Source: Acidobacteriota bacterium (GTDB lineage: Bacteria > Acidobacteriota > UBA6911 > RPQK01 > JAJDTT01). Taken from it: a DNA stretch of 64,000 nucleotides. The translations under genes were made by a program, and so were the position numbers. The notes beneath the pieces were generated by a model. It ran no database searches, was not told the origin of the DNA, and worked only from the letters and a program-made list of their open reading frames with translations. The DNA lies in contig OZ242374.1 in NCBI GenBank assembly GCA_965209055.1, positions 5,632,001 through 5,696,000 on the forward strand, written 5' to 3'. Shown piece after piece: positions 34,620 to 44,293 of this stretch; the first letter of the stretch is position 1; each line of letters begins with the position of its first letter.

Positions 34620-36122
34620 CTACGCCGACCCGTCCTCTTCCGTATGGATCTGTTCCATGAGGCCGTCGATCTCCTTCGGCGGCGCGGGAGTCAGGTGGGA
34701 GACCACGATGATGGTCAGGAATGCCACCGGTGCCCCGATCAATGCCGACGAAGTGGCGGGAATCCACGAAGCCAACGCCGTGTCGCCCCAGAAGAGGGCG
34801 CCGATGGAGATCAGCCCCCCGACCAGCATGCCGGCAATCCCCCCCTCCCGAGTGGTGCGGCTCCACCAGATGCCCAGGACGAAGACGGGGAAAATAGTGC
34901 ACCCGGCGATGGCGAAGGCCATGGCCACGATCTGTCCGATGAGGGCGGGCGGTTCCAGGGCCACCAACATGATGGCGAAACCCAGCACCACGGCTCCCAG
35001 GCGCGCCACGATGACGCGCTCCTTGTTGGAGGCGGTCGGCTTGAAGAGCCCAAAATAGAGGTCGTGGGCGAAGGCGGCCGATGCGGCCATCAACAGTCCC
35101 GCCACGGTGCTGAAGGCGGCGGACACGGCTCCCGCCGCCAGGAGCCCGGTGAACCATTCGGGGAGTCCCGCGTTCTCGGCGGCGTTGATGATGATGACGT
35201 CGGCCACTTCCCTGCCCCCGTCCGGATTGAGGATCCTGCCGAAGGCGGAGAAGGCGGGCGAACTCCAGTAGAGGACGCCGATGAAGAAGAGTCCCCAGAC
35301 CACCGACTTGCGGGCGTCGCTGGCGTTGGGGACCAGGTAGAAGCGCTGGATGACGTGGGGCAGTCCCGCCGTTCCCACCATCAAAGTGAAACAGAGGGCG
35401 ATCCACTGATAGACCCCCTCGTCCCCCCAGGGCAACACGAACTGGGGCTGGGCCTCCTGGAGCTGGGCCACGGCCTCCCCGTAACCCACCTGCGGGACGA
35501 AGTAGAAGAACCCCAGCTTCTTGGCGATGAAGAAAAGCGGCAGCAGGAAGGCGGTGATGAGGACGATGTACTGCACCTGCTGGTTGCGGACCACGCCCAT
35601 CATTCCCGAGAGGAGCACGTAGGAGAGAACCACGATGGTCCCGGTGATGATGGACAGCTTGTAGTCCATCCCGAAGATCCACTTGAACATCTCTCCGATG
35701 CCCTTGTACTGGCCCACGGCATAGACGAAGGAGATGACCAGCGTGATGATGGCGGCCAGGAACCGGGCCGTCTTGGAGTAGTAGCGGTCGCCGATGAAGT
35801 CGGGCGCGGTGAACTTCCCGTAGTTGCGGATCTGAGCCGCCATCAGGACCAGCAGCAGCACGTACCCGCCGCACCAGCCCAGGACGTAGGCCAATCCGAA
35901 ATAGCCTTGCAGGTAGAGGAGGCCCGCCATTCCCAGAAAGCTGGCGGCGCTCATCCAGTTGCTGGCGATGGCCATCCCCGAGGAGACGGGACCGATCCTG
36001 CGGCCGGCCACCCAGTATTCTTCCAGGTTGCGGACCCGGGTCAGGACCCCCACCAGCACGAACAAGAGCAGGGTCGCCGCCAGGATCAGGGCGGGCCCGG
36101 TTCTCACCGCGATTTCATCCAC
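34620..36122 (-). CDS. Sodium:solute symporter (ActP-like monocarboxylate permease)
   Basis: YWVAGR, GMAIASNWMSAASFLG, GKFTAPDFIGDRY, GTAGLPH, AAFSTVAGLL; GTG start overlapping the upstream stop. Confidence 0.88.
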   Translation of the reverse strand: MDEIAVRTGPALILAATLLLFVLVGVLTRVRNLEEYWVAGRRIGPVSSGMAIASNWMSAASFLGMAGLLYLQGYFGLAYVLGWCGGYVLLLVLMAAQIRNYGKFTAPDFIGDRYYSKTARFLAAIITLVISFVYAVGQYKGIGEMFKWIFGMDYKLSIITGTIVVLSYVLLSGMMGVVRNQQVQYIVLITAFLLPLFFIAKKLGFFYFVPQVGYGEAVAQLQEAQPQFVLPWGDEGVYQWIALCFTLMVGTAGLPHVIQRFYLVPNASDARKSVVWGLFFIGVLYWSSPAFSAFGRILNPDGGREVADVIIINAAENAGLPEWFTGLLAAGAVSAAFSTVAGLLMAASAAFAHDLYFGLFKPTASNKERVIVARLGAVVLGFAIMLVALEPPALIGQIVAMAFAIAGCTIFPVFVLGIWWSRTTREGGIAGMLVGGLISIGALFWGDTALASWIPATSSALIGAPVAFLTIIVVSHLTPAPPKEIDGLMEQIHTEEDGSA

Positions 36123-36430
36123 TACTTGTCTTGCCTCCGCCGGGGAGCTTCGTCGGAATCGATCAGCCGGTCGTAGAGCCGGTTGAACCAAAGGCAAAGC
36201 AGCAGGAATCCAATAATGGAGAACTGGCCCGTGAACCAGTAGTGGAACGGGAATCCCAGGATCCGGGCGTCGGTGAGGAAGCTGGACCCCATGGGGTCCC
36301 GTTGAACCAGGTACAGAAGAATCTGGAATCCGAAAACCATCAAGGCCCACAGGGCCACAATCGTGAAGATGATCCGGCGGACTCTCTTCAAGTAGCGGCC
36401 TCGGGGACGAAGAAGATTGACTTCGGGCAT
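36122..36430 (-). CDS. SSS small accessory subunit (DUF4212-like)
   Basis: Two TM helices; ILGFPFHYWFTGQFSI; directly upstream of the symporter. Confidence 0.8.
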   Translation of the reverse strand: MPEVNLLRPRGRYLKRVRRIIFTIVALWALMVFGFQILLYLVQRDPMGSSFLTDARILGFPFHYWFTGQFSIIGFLLLCLWFNRLYDRLIDSDEAPRRRQDK

Positions 36431-36623
36431 GGGCGTTTTTCTAAGGGCGCCGCACTATACAGGATGGTCCCCCGAGGGTCAACGAACCGTGCCGTGCGTC
36501 AACACTGGCATTCTGTTCCTCTTTTTTCGCTTTCTCTTTGCCCCCGCCGGAATGGTAAATTGGTGCGCCGAATGCCCCGAAAGCCGATCCTGCGAGTTCC
36601 GAACCTGGAGTTACCGTTCGAGC

Positions 36624-38348
36624 ATGCGTTTCCCGTGGAGTGACTTGGCCGACGTCTTCGGCGCGGGGGAATTACGCCAGAACGTCCTGGCGCTGCTTCG
36701 CTACATCGTCTTTCTCGGCGTCGTCATCCTGCTTTTCGCCGTCCTCTTCCAGGTGATCATGGTTCACGAAGGGCAGTCCCATTCCTGGACCACGGGGATC
36801 TACTGGGTCGTGATCACCATGAGCACCCTGGGCTACGGGGACGTGGTCTTCACCACCGACCTGGGAAGGTTGTTCAGCGTGGCCGTGCTGATCTCAGGTG
36901 TCGTGCTGATGTTGGTGGTGCTGCCCTTCACCTTCATCCGTTTCTTCTACGCACCCTGGCTGGAAGCTCAGGTACGGCTTCGGGCCCCTCGCCGAGTGCC
37001 CGCGGATGTCAGGAATCACGTCATCATCACCCGCCACGATGAAATTGCGGCAGGGATCACCAAGCAGCTTCGGCTCCGGGGGATTCCATGCTATGTCATC
37101 GAACCGGACCCCGAAAAAGCTGCCCGGCTCCTGCATGAAGGGGCATCCGTCGTAACCGGCGATCTGGACAACAAGACGACCTACACCGGGTTGCAGGCAC
37201 AACAGGCTCGTCTACTCCTCGCCAACTGCGAGGACACGACGAACACCAACATCACGTTGACCGTCCGGGAGATGTCCAGCGACCTGCCCATCGTCGGTAT
37301 CGCCGAGAATGAGGATTCCACCGACATTCTGGAACTGAGCGGATGCACGCACGTCTTGCCGCTGAAGGTCCGCCTGGGCGAGTCCTTGGCCAACCGGGTC
37401 AGCGCCGGGCTTGGCGAGGTGGACGTCGTTGGTAGTTTCTCCGGGCTCCAGATCGCCGAGTTTTCGGCGCGCGACACGCCGCTGGCCGGTTTCCAGATCC
37501 GCGAGACCCGGCTTCGAGAACGGACCGGACTGAACATCGTCGGTGTGTGGGAACACGGACACCTGATTCCCGCCTTCCCTCACACTCCCATCACCCACGA
37601 GAGCATCGTGGTCGTCGTGGGCTCGTCGGAACAGTTGTCCGTACTCGCCCGCATGCTGCATGGCCACCAGCCTCATTTCAGCGCTTCGGGTCTCATCATC
37701 GGGGCCGGAAGGGTCGGCGAGACCGCCACCCGTACTCTGAAGAGGAAGGGGCTCCGGGTCCATGTCCTCGACCGCGATCCGCAGGTGGCGGCAGACGTGA
37801 AGGGAATCGCCGATCAGGTGTTCATCGGGGACGCCAACGACCGCGAGGTCCTGAAACAGGCGGGACTCGACGATGTCTCCTCGGTGCTTCTGAGCACCAG
37901 TGACGACGCCATGAACGTCTATCTGGCCGTTTACCTGCGACGCCTCAAACCCGATCTCCGCATCGTGAGCCGAATCACCCACGATCGTAACCTGGAGGCC
38001 ATCCATCGGGCCGGGGCCGATTTCGTTCTGAGCTACGCCTCCCTGGGAACGGAAGCGGTGGTGTCGCTCATCGAAGGGCATGAACTCGTGATGCTGGGAG
38101 AAGGGGTGGACCTGTTCTCGGTGCCATTGCCGCCGTCCCTGGAAAACAAGACCCTGTACGAAAGCCACATCGGTTCCCTCACCGGCCTGAGCGTGGTTGC
38201 CATACAGCAGAACGGCGAAACCGTGACCAAGCTGCGGTCCGAGATGAAGCTCGAGCCTGGAGCGCAACTGGTCATGCTCGGCGACACCGAGCAACGGACA
38301 TTGTTCAGCAAGGCCTTCGGCGGGCAGTTCTCCAGCAGTCCGTGGTGA
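36624..38348 (+). CDS. Potassium channel with tandem RCK (TrkA-N/TrkA-C) domains
   Basis: TMSTLGYGD selectivity filter; IIGAGRVG Rossmann motif; two RCK N/C pairs. Confidence 0.88.
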   Translation: MRFPWSDLADVFGAGELRQNVLALLRYIVFLGVVILLFAVLFQVIMVHEGQSHSWTTGIYWVVITMSTLGYGDVVFTTDLGRLFSVAVLISGVVLMLVVLPFTFIRFFYAPWLEAQVRLRAPRRVPADVRNHVIITRHDEIAAGITKQLRLRGIPCYVIEPDPEKAARLLHEGASVVTGDLDNKTTYTGLQAQQARLLLANCEDTTNTNITLTVREMSSDLPIVGIAENEDSTDILELSGCTHVLPLKVRLGESLANRVSAGLGEVDVVGSFSGLQIAEFSARDTPLAGFQIRETRLRERTGLNIVGVWEHGHLIPAFPHTPITHESIVVVVGSSEQLSVLARMLHGHQPHFSASGLIIGAGRVGETATRTLKRKGLRVHVLDRDPQVAADVKGIADQVFIGDANDREVLKQAGLDDVSSVLLSTSDDAMNVYLAVYLRRLKPDLRIVSRITHDRNLEAIHRAGADFVLSYASLGTEAVVSLIEGHELVMLGEGVDLFSVPLPPSLENKTLYESHIGSLTGLSVVAIQQNGETVTKLRSEMKLEPGAQLVMLGDTEQRTLFSKAFGGQFSSSPW

Positions 38349-38418
38349 AGGTCTTCACCGGGGCGATACCGGCGCAGCTCCCACTAACGCCACATGACAA
38401 AATGGGTGCGGTCCCTCC

Positions 38419-38450
38419 AAGGGCGACCCCGCTTGTTGGGTGTCGCCCTT
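38419..38450. terminator. Hairpin between convergent genes (terminator or REP-like)
   Basis: AAGGGCGACCCC-GCTTGTT-GGGTGTCGCCCTT. Confidence 0.35.
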
Positions 38451-38544
38451 CCCTGGCTTCCGCCAAAGGCCACCCCTGGCGACAGGTAGAACTCCTTTCT
38501 TCCGTGAAAGCCGCCAGTCAACGGCGCGTTCTTCCCGGAAACGG

Positions 38545-38895
38545 CTACGTCGACCGAGTCCGCCTGAACCCCTGTTTATGGTTTACTTTTACGAGTGAGC
38601 GTGGCGCGAGTTGCTGCAGGCAATTCAGCACGTCTGCCATCAACGGTCGAAGCATCTCGTAAGTGCTTCTGGGTGCGACCAGAACGATGACGGCCAAAGG
38701 TAATGCACTCAGGTTCTGCTGATATTCCAAATTCTGATCGGCGGTAAGAAAGACGTCGAAGCTACCGGCAGCGGCACGCAGGAGCGTCCCGTTGTCCAAG
38801 CCGGACCAACCGCATTCGGTCACCGTTGAGACCGTGTGTCCAGGAAGGTCCGCCCTCAATCTTCGTGGCAACGACTCATCAAGCAGGATGCGCAT
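38545..38895 (-). CDS. DUF5615 PIN-like toxin
   Basis: MRILLDESLPRRL...GWSGLDNGTLL...FLTADQNLEYQQNL. Confidence 0.85.
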   Translation of the reverse strand: MRILLDESLPRRLRADLPGHTVSTVTECGWSGLDNGTLLRAAAGSFDVFLTADQNLEYQQNLSALPLAVIVLVAPRSTYEMLRPLMADVLNCLQQLAPRSLVKVNHKQGFRRTRST

Positions 38896-39115
38896 TCGCG
38901 TTGAGCGCCGCTCGTGCTTTTTCCAATGCGGCGACCGCCTTGGCGCGATCAATGGCAGGAAAATCCAGCAGGAACCGGTCGAGCGTCTCACCCGTTTCCA
39001 AGTAGTCAAAGAGGGCTTTCACAGGAACACGCGTTCCCGTGAACACGGGCACACCACCCTGAATCTCAGGATCCGTGTGGACAGCTTGCTTTTCCATCGT
39101 TTTTTCCTCTGGCAT
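38879..39115 (-). CDS. DUF433 antitoxin
   Basis: HTDPEIQGGVPVFTGTRVPV..LFDYLETGETLDRFLLDFP. Confidence 0.9.
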   Translation of the reverse strand: MPEEKTMEKQAVHTDPEIQGGVPVFTGTRVPVKALFDYLETGETLDRFLLDFPAIDRAKAVAALEKARAALNANAHPA

Positions 39116-39325
39116 GTCGCCCGTTCACGCCGAGCTGAAACCCAGTGTCGCAAATTGCACTAAAGCTGAACCAATTCCGCGAACGTCAAGGATACTGGAA
39201 AGGATACCCTCCAGGAATTCCAGTCCCATTGCATATCAACCCAGGGCCGACGATTGCTCCGGACGATAGTGTTAGAGACGCCAACGTCTGCAAAAGACGC
39301 AGGATCATCGAATGTCCCTGACCCG

Positions 39326-40171
39326 TCATTCGCCGTCCACCGGCAGCCGCGTCCAGGCCATGACGGTCATGGGCAGGACGATGGGGGACTTCGTCGCGTC
39401 AACGTCGGCTCGGAGCCGCTTCGGGACTGTCGCCAGATCCACCTCTTCCGCGGTCGCTATTCCGAAATGCTCCAGGAGCGGGAGGACACTCTGCACGCTG
39501 TCGGCGATGTATTGGTATCCCGCCCATCCGGGCTCCCCGCCACCCAGCGCCGTGTATTCCAGGCGGGGTTCGGGCAGGCCGGCGTCAACATAGGTCCCGT
39601 ACAGGCGGAAGGCCAGATCGGCATGGGCGCCCGATCGTTTGAAGACCTCCATCGTCCAATCGACCAACTGGTGCGCCAAGGGGGTATCGATGGCATGAGG
39701 CAATCGATTTGGGTTGAAGCCGATCTCGTGGAACGCAACGATGCCTCCCGGGCGCAAGCGCGTGGAGAGTTGCCTGAGGGCCTCGGCCGGATCGGGCAGA
39801 TACATGAGTACGAAACGACCGATCAAGGCATCGAAATCGCTTTCCAGGTCCAGCGTGCGCGCGTCCCCAGCCACGAACTCGACATGTTCCAGCCCGGATT
39901 GCGCGACCCGGTCCCGAGCCGTTTCCAGGATCTCCGCGTTGACGTCGACGCCCACAACACGGCCCTCGGGACCCACCAACTCAGCCGCGGCCATGGCCAC
40001 GTCTCCCGCTCCGCTGCCGATGTCCAGGACCTTCATGCCGTTGGTCAGGCCCGCTTCGGTCAGCATGCGCCGGGTCAGACCCGAATACAGCCGCGACTGG
40101 CGGATCAGGCGTTCGGTCTCGGCCTGAGTGCGGCCCATGGTGTAGGTGGTGTCTTCTTTTCGGTTGCTCAT
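39326..40171 (-). CDS. Class I SAM-dependent methyltransferase
   Basis: ETERLIRQS; VLDIGSGAGDV motif I; VVGVD; FDALIGRFVLMYL; LRPGG. Confidence 0.88.
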   Translation of the reverse strand: MSNRKEDTTYTMGRTQAETERLIRQSRLYSGLTRRMLTEAGLTNGMKVLDIGSGAGDVAMAAAELVGPEGRVVGVDVNAEILETARDRVAQSGLEHVEFVAGDARTLDLESDFDALIGRFVLMYLPDPAEALRQLSTRLRPGGIVAFHEIGFNPNRLPHAIDTPLAHQLVDWTMEVFKRSGAHADLAFRLYGTYVDAGLPEPRLEYTALGGGEPGWAGYQYIADSVQSVLPLLEHFGIATAEEVDLATVPKRLRADVDATKSPIVLPMTVMAWTRLPVDGE

Positions 40172-40275
40172 ATCGCTCCCTGCAGGTCGATCGGAACTGG
40201 TTGGCAAGGGGTTCGTGTCGTCGCGGGTTGACGGCGGCTGTCCATGGCGCCGAAAGGAGACGTCGGCGATTACGG

Positions 40276-41619
40276 TTAGATGAGTTCCGGGAGAGGAACT
40301 CCGGTGAGGTCGTCGAGGCCGTTGGCGATCTTGAGGGGGCGTCCGACGGGCGTCATGTATTCCTTGTGCCAGTCGATCCCCAGGGCCTTGTAGACGGTGG
40401 CGAAGATGTCGCCGATGCTGACTTCGCGATCCACGACGAAGGCCCCGCGGTCGTCGCTCCGGCCCACCACCGTGCCGGTCTGCAGGCCGCCGCCGCCCAG
40501 GGCGATGGACCAGCACTGGGGCCAATGGTCCCGGCCCAGGCCGGGATTGAGGTGCGGAGTCCGTCCGAACTCCCCCATCACCAGCACTACCGTCGAATCG
40601 TAGAGCCCTCGCTCGCTGAGGTCGTCGATGAGGGCGGAAAGCGACCGGTCCAACGGCGGCGTCAGGCGGTCCCGGTGCCCCTCGTCGTTCTTGCTGTGGG
40701 TATCCCAGGAATTGCCGTGAAAACCGGCCGCGGTAACGAACCGGCTGCCGGCCTCCACCAGGCGCCTCGCCAGCAGCATGCTCTGCCCCACTGAATCGCG
40801 GCCATAGGTGTCGCGCGTCTTCTCCGATTCCTTGGACAGGTCGAAGGCCTCCCGCACCTGGGGCGCCAAAATCATCTGCCACGCCTTGTCCATGAAGGCG
40901 TCCATGCTGGCGTGCTTCATGCTCTCCACCCGGTTCCGGTAGATCCGGTCCACCGAGTCCAGGAACAGGCGGCGATTCTCCAACACGGCCGGGCTCAGGG
41001 ACTTGGGCAGGGTCAGGTTGGGGACGTGGAAATCCTCCTTCGCGGGGTCCGGGATGGTCATGGGCATGTAGTCCGGACCCAGGAAGGCGGAACGGAAGAA
41101 ATCCTGGTATTGGCGGTTGCGCTCCCAGCGCGGGACGATGACGTAGGGAGGAAGTCCGTTGGAGGACCCCATCTCCTTGGCCACGATGGACCCCAGGCTG
41201 GGAAATTCCATGGCCGGATTGTGGCGGTGGCCGGTGATGGAGTAGTGGACCGCCTGGGGATGGTCGTTGCCGAAGGACTTGATGGATCGGACCAGCGCCA
41301 GCTTGTCCATCCGCTTCGCCAGCCGGGGCAGCAGCTCCGAGATCTGGATGCCGTCGACGTTGGTGGAGATGGGCCGGAAGGAACTGTTGGTCTTGGGGTC
41401 CCAGGTATCGATCTGGCTGGGGCCTCCCTCCAGCCAGACCAGAATGCAGGCGTTGGCCTTCGCGCCCGAAAGGTCCGCGCCGGCCGTCTTGAGAGCCGCC
41501 TCCAGCCGCAGATACTGGGTCAGATGGGCGCCCAGAAATCCCAGCGAGCCGACCCGGATGAAATCACGCCGGCTCCAGTAACCTTGGGGTTTCCGCAGGC
41601 ATCCGAACTGTTTCAACAT
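40276..41619 (-). CDS. DUF1501 family protein
   Basis: SRRDFI Tat motif; GGPSQIDTWDPK, LLARRLVEAG, WDTH, GEFGRTP, GRDHWP. Confidence 0.9.
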   Translation of the reverse strand: MLKQFGCLRKPQGYWSRRDFIRVGSLGFLGAHLTQYLRLEAALKTAGADLSGAKANACILVWLEGGPSQIDTWDPKTNSSFRPISTNVDGIQISELLPRLAKRMDKLALVRSIKSFGNDHPQAVHYSITGHRHNPAMEFPSLGSIVAKEMGSSNGLPPYVIVPRWERNRQYQDFFRSAFLGPDYMPMTIPDPAKEDFHVPNLTLPKSLSPAVLENRRLFLDSVDRIYRNRVESMKHASMDAFMDKAWQMILAPQVREAFDLSKESEKTRDTYGRDSVGQSMLLARRLVEAGSRFVTAAGFHGNSWDTHSKNDEGHRDRLTPPLDRSLSALIDDLSERGLYDSTVVLVMGEFGRTPHLNPGLGRDHWPQCWSIALGGGGLQTGTVVGRSDDRGAFVVDREVSIGDIFATVYKALGIDWHKEYMTPVGRPLKIANGLDDLTGVPLPELI

Positions 41620-41670
41620 GAGTACGCTGCTGGCGCCACTTTACACGTTCGGCCTGCGATTCCGCAAACG

Positions 41671-44289
41671 TCAGTGGTTCTCGGCGAACTCCCGCGAACT
41701 GAGGACGGCCCACTGGAGATCCCGAAGGGCCTGCTCGCGGCTGGTCGTCCGCGCGATCAGCCCCGAAAGCTCTTCCGACTCGGACGGTGTCGGAAACCGG
41801 GAAAAGGCGGCCAGGTAGAGATCTTCGACAATCTCCCCGTCCGACGCTCCCTGCCGGAACAGGTCGTAGACGCGCGACCCTTCCGTCCACAGCTTTTCGT
41901 TGTAGGTCGATCCCGCCAGGATGTGCAGCGCTTGCCTCAGCATCGGTTCCGAGTCCCGCTCCGGCACTGAAAAGCGGGTGGGGCGGCCGTAGATATCCAG
42001 GAACGAAGAGGCGTAGACGTCCGGTTCCTTCAGGTGAATCGCACGGGTTCCCTTGGGAGCCGCGCCATCGGTCCTGACGCTGGCGAAGGCGGGCACGGGG
42101 AAATGTTCCGGGACGCCGGTGACGTCGCAGATGGCGTCGAGCAGGATTTCGGCCTCCAGGGGCCGGGAAGGCGCGTGAGCGTAGATCGCCCGGCCGGCCG
42201 GTTGCGACCCTCGTGTCGTACTGGAGAGTTGATAGGTCCTCGAGCTCACGATCAGCCGGAACAGTTGTTTCAGGTCGTAGCCGTTGTCGGCGAAGTATTG
42301 GGCCAACTGCCTCAGCAGTTGGGGATGGGTGGGAGGATTGTTGCTCCGGAAATCGTCCACCGGCTCCACCAGGCCCCGGTCGAAGAAGTAGCTCCACATC
42401 CGGTTGACGGCGGCTTCCGCAAAGTAGGGATGGGAGGTGGCCCACTTGGCCAGTTCGCCGCGCGGGTAGTTCGTCGGAGTGTGCGCCACCCGGGTCCCGT
42501 CCAGCAGCACCGGATCGACCACTTCCCCGGTGCGCGGGTGCAACACCCGCAGGTCCTTGGGACTGGGGACGTCGGCGGCCACTTCCGTCCCGTTGGGATG
42601 ATCGAAAATCACCGATTCGGGATTGGCGCCCAGCTTGAACATGGAGCCGAAGAAGGCCGTCATTCCCCAGAACTGGTTCTGGGTCCAGCGTTCGTAGGGA
42701 TGGTCATGGCATTGAGCGCAATCCAACCGGCGCCCCATGAAGACCCGGACCTGCTCGCCCATCATGTTCTCCGGGGGCGGCACCACCAGGTAGGGCAGAT
42801 AGTGGCGGGACGGGGCGCTGTAACCCTGTGACGACATGCGCTCGCGGGCCACTTCGTCGTAGGGCCGGTTGCGCTCCACGGCGTCCCGGATCCACTCCCA
42901 ATACGACTGGCTCCACTTGGGATTGATGCCCAGGACGAAGACCGACACCCGGAACAGGTCGGCGAAACGGAAGGTCCAGTAGTCCACGTACTCGGGAGAA
43001 TCCAGCAGGGCCTCCACCAGCTTCTCGCGCTTTTGCGGGTCCGGATCCGCCAGGAACTCCTTGACCCGGGCCACGGGGGGGATCCGCCCGGTCAGGTCGA
43101 GGCAGACCCGCCGCAGGAACTCGGAGTCGCTCGACAGCTCCGCGGGGACGATGTTGAACCGGCGGAGCTTGGAGAAGATCCGTTCATCGATGAAATTCCG
43201 TGCCTGGAGGTCCGGGTAGTCGGCCACACGGTCCGCCACCACCCCGACGGTCCCCAGGACCTCATGGCCCGCGCCCCGCACCAGGATCGCCGTCTCGCCT
43301 CCGTTGCGAGCCTTCACCAGGCCGCTGGGAGAAATATCGGCCACGGAGCCGTGATTCACGTCGAACCGGACCCGTCTCGTGTAATCCTCCACGCTTCCGT
43401 CCGACAGGTGGGCGCTCACCACCAGTTGCTGCTCTTCTCCCTGCCGCAGGACGGTCTCCCGTGGAAACAACTCCATCCGGACGGCCTTGACCCGTTTCGA
43501 GTCCTTCTCGCCGTAGGGGGAACCCCTTTGGACCCAGTCCAGGAGGAGGGCGTATTCCCTGGACTCCTGGTCGATTCTCGGGCCCCCGACGTGGGGAACC
43601 TGCATTGTGGGTTTCTGCAACAGCAGGCTCTTGTCCGGTTCTTTCAGGTTGACACGGGGGATTTTCGGATCGCCGGGCTCGTCGGTGAGGACCTGGTACA
43701 TTCCGCCCTGTACGATCCAGTCGTAGTCCTGCCGCGGGTGCGACGCGTTCATGGACAGCTTGAATCCACCCCGGCCCTTCAGGCCGGAGTGGCACTCCGT
43801 CTGGTTGCAGCCGCGGCGGGTCAGAATGGAGAGGACGTCCCGGGAGAAGTGAAACGGTCTCGTCCACCCCGAGTCCTCCACCCGCAGCCGGGACCTGGCT
43901 TCCAACTGCCCCACGACCGCCACCACCTCCGTTTCGCCGTCAGCGACGGCGGCGAAACGTCCCCGCTCCCCGGCCCGAGCGACCTTGGGGTCCGAGAGCG
44001 AAAACGACGCCTGGTCCGTCAGGTCCTTGCGGCTGCCGTCGGCCAGCGTCCCCGTCACGACGTATTGCTGGCTGGCGTTTCCGCCCCTCAGGATCCGTTC
44101 TTCCGGATAGAGGTGCAGACTGACGACGGCAGCGTCGAACGAAGCTTCGGCTGCCGTACCAGTGGAGGCGGAAGACGCACGCGCGTGGACCGTCGCTTCC
44201 GCGGGGAAAGCCATTACAGCCGCCAGACACACGGCCCACCGGAGGCCGCGCCATGCAATCCGACCAAGCGATTCCCAGACGGCTTTCAT
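41671..44289 (-). CDS. DUF1549/DUF1553 protein with Ig-like domains
   Basis: GCNQTECH, NFIDERIF, FLRRVCLDLTG, CAQCHDHP, VNRMWSYFF, LEAEILLDAI. Confidence 0.88.
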   Translation of the reverse strand: MKAVWESLGRIAWRGLRWAVCLAAVMAFPAEATVHARASSASTGTAAEASFDAAVVSLHLYPEERILRGGNASQQYVVTGTLADGSRKDLTDQASFSLSDPKVARAGERGRFAAVADGETEVVAVVGQLEARSRLRVEDSGWTRPFHFSRDVLSILTRRGCNQTECHSGLKGRGGFKLSMNASHPRQDYDWIVQGGMYQVLTDEPGDPKIPRVNLKEPDKSLLLQKPTMQVPHVGGPRIDQESREYALLLDWVQRGSPYGEKDSKRVKAVRMELFPRETVLRQGEEQQLVVSAHLSDGSVEDYTRRVRFDVNHGSVADISPSGLVKARNGGETAILVRGAGHEVLGTVGVVADRVADYPDLQARNFIDERIFSKLRRFNIVPAELSSDSEFLRRVCLDLTGRIPPVARVKEFLADPDPQKREKLVEALLDSPEYVDYWTFRFADLFRVSVFVLGINPKWSQSYWEWIRDAVERNRPYDEVARERMSSQGYSAPSRHYLPYLVVPPPENMMGEQVRVFMGRRLDCAQCHDHPYERWTQNQFWGMTAFFGSMFKLGANPESVIFDHPNGTEVAADVPSPKDLRVLHPRTGEVVDPVLLDGTRVAHTPTNYPRGELAKWATSHPYFAEAAVNRMWSYFFDRGLVEPVDDFRSNNPPTHPQLLRQLAQYFADNGYDLKQLFRLIVSSRTYQLSSTTRGSQPAGRAIYAHAPSRPLEAEILLDAICDVTGVPEHFPVPAFASVRTDGAAPKGTRAIHLKEPDVYASSFLDIYGRPTRFSVPERDSEPMLRQALHILAGSTYNEKLWTEGSRVYDLFRQGASDGEIVEDLYLAAFSRFPTPSESEELSGLIARTTSREQALRDLQWAVLSSREFAENH

Positions 44290-44293
44290 TCCC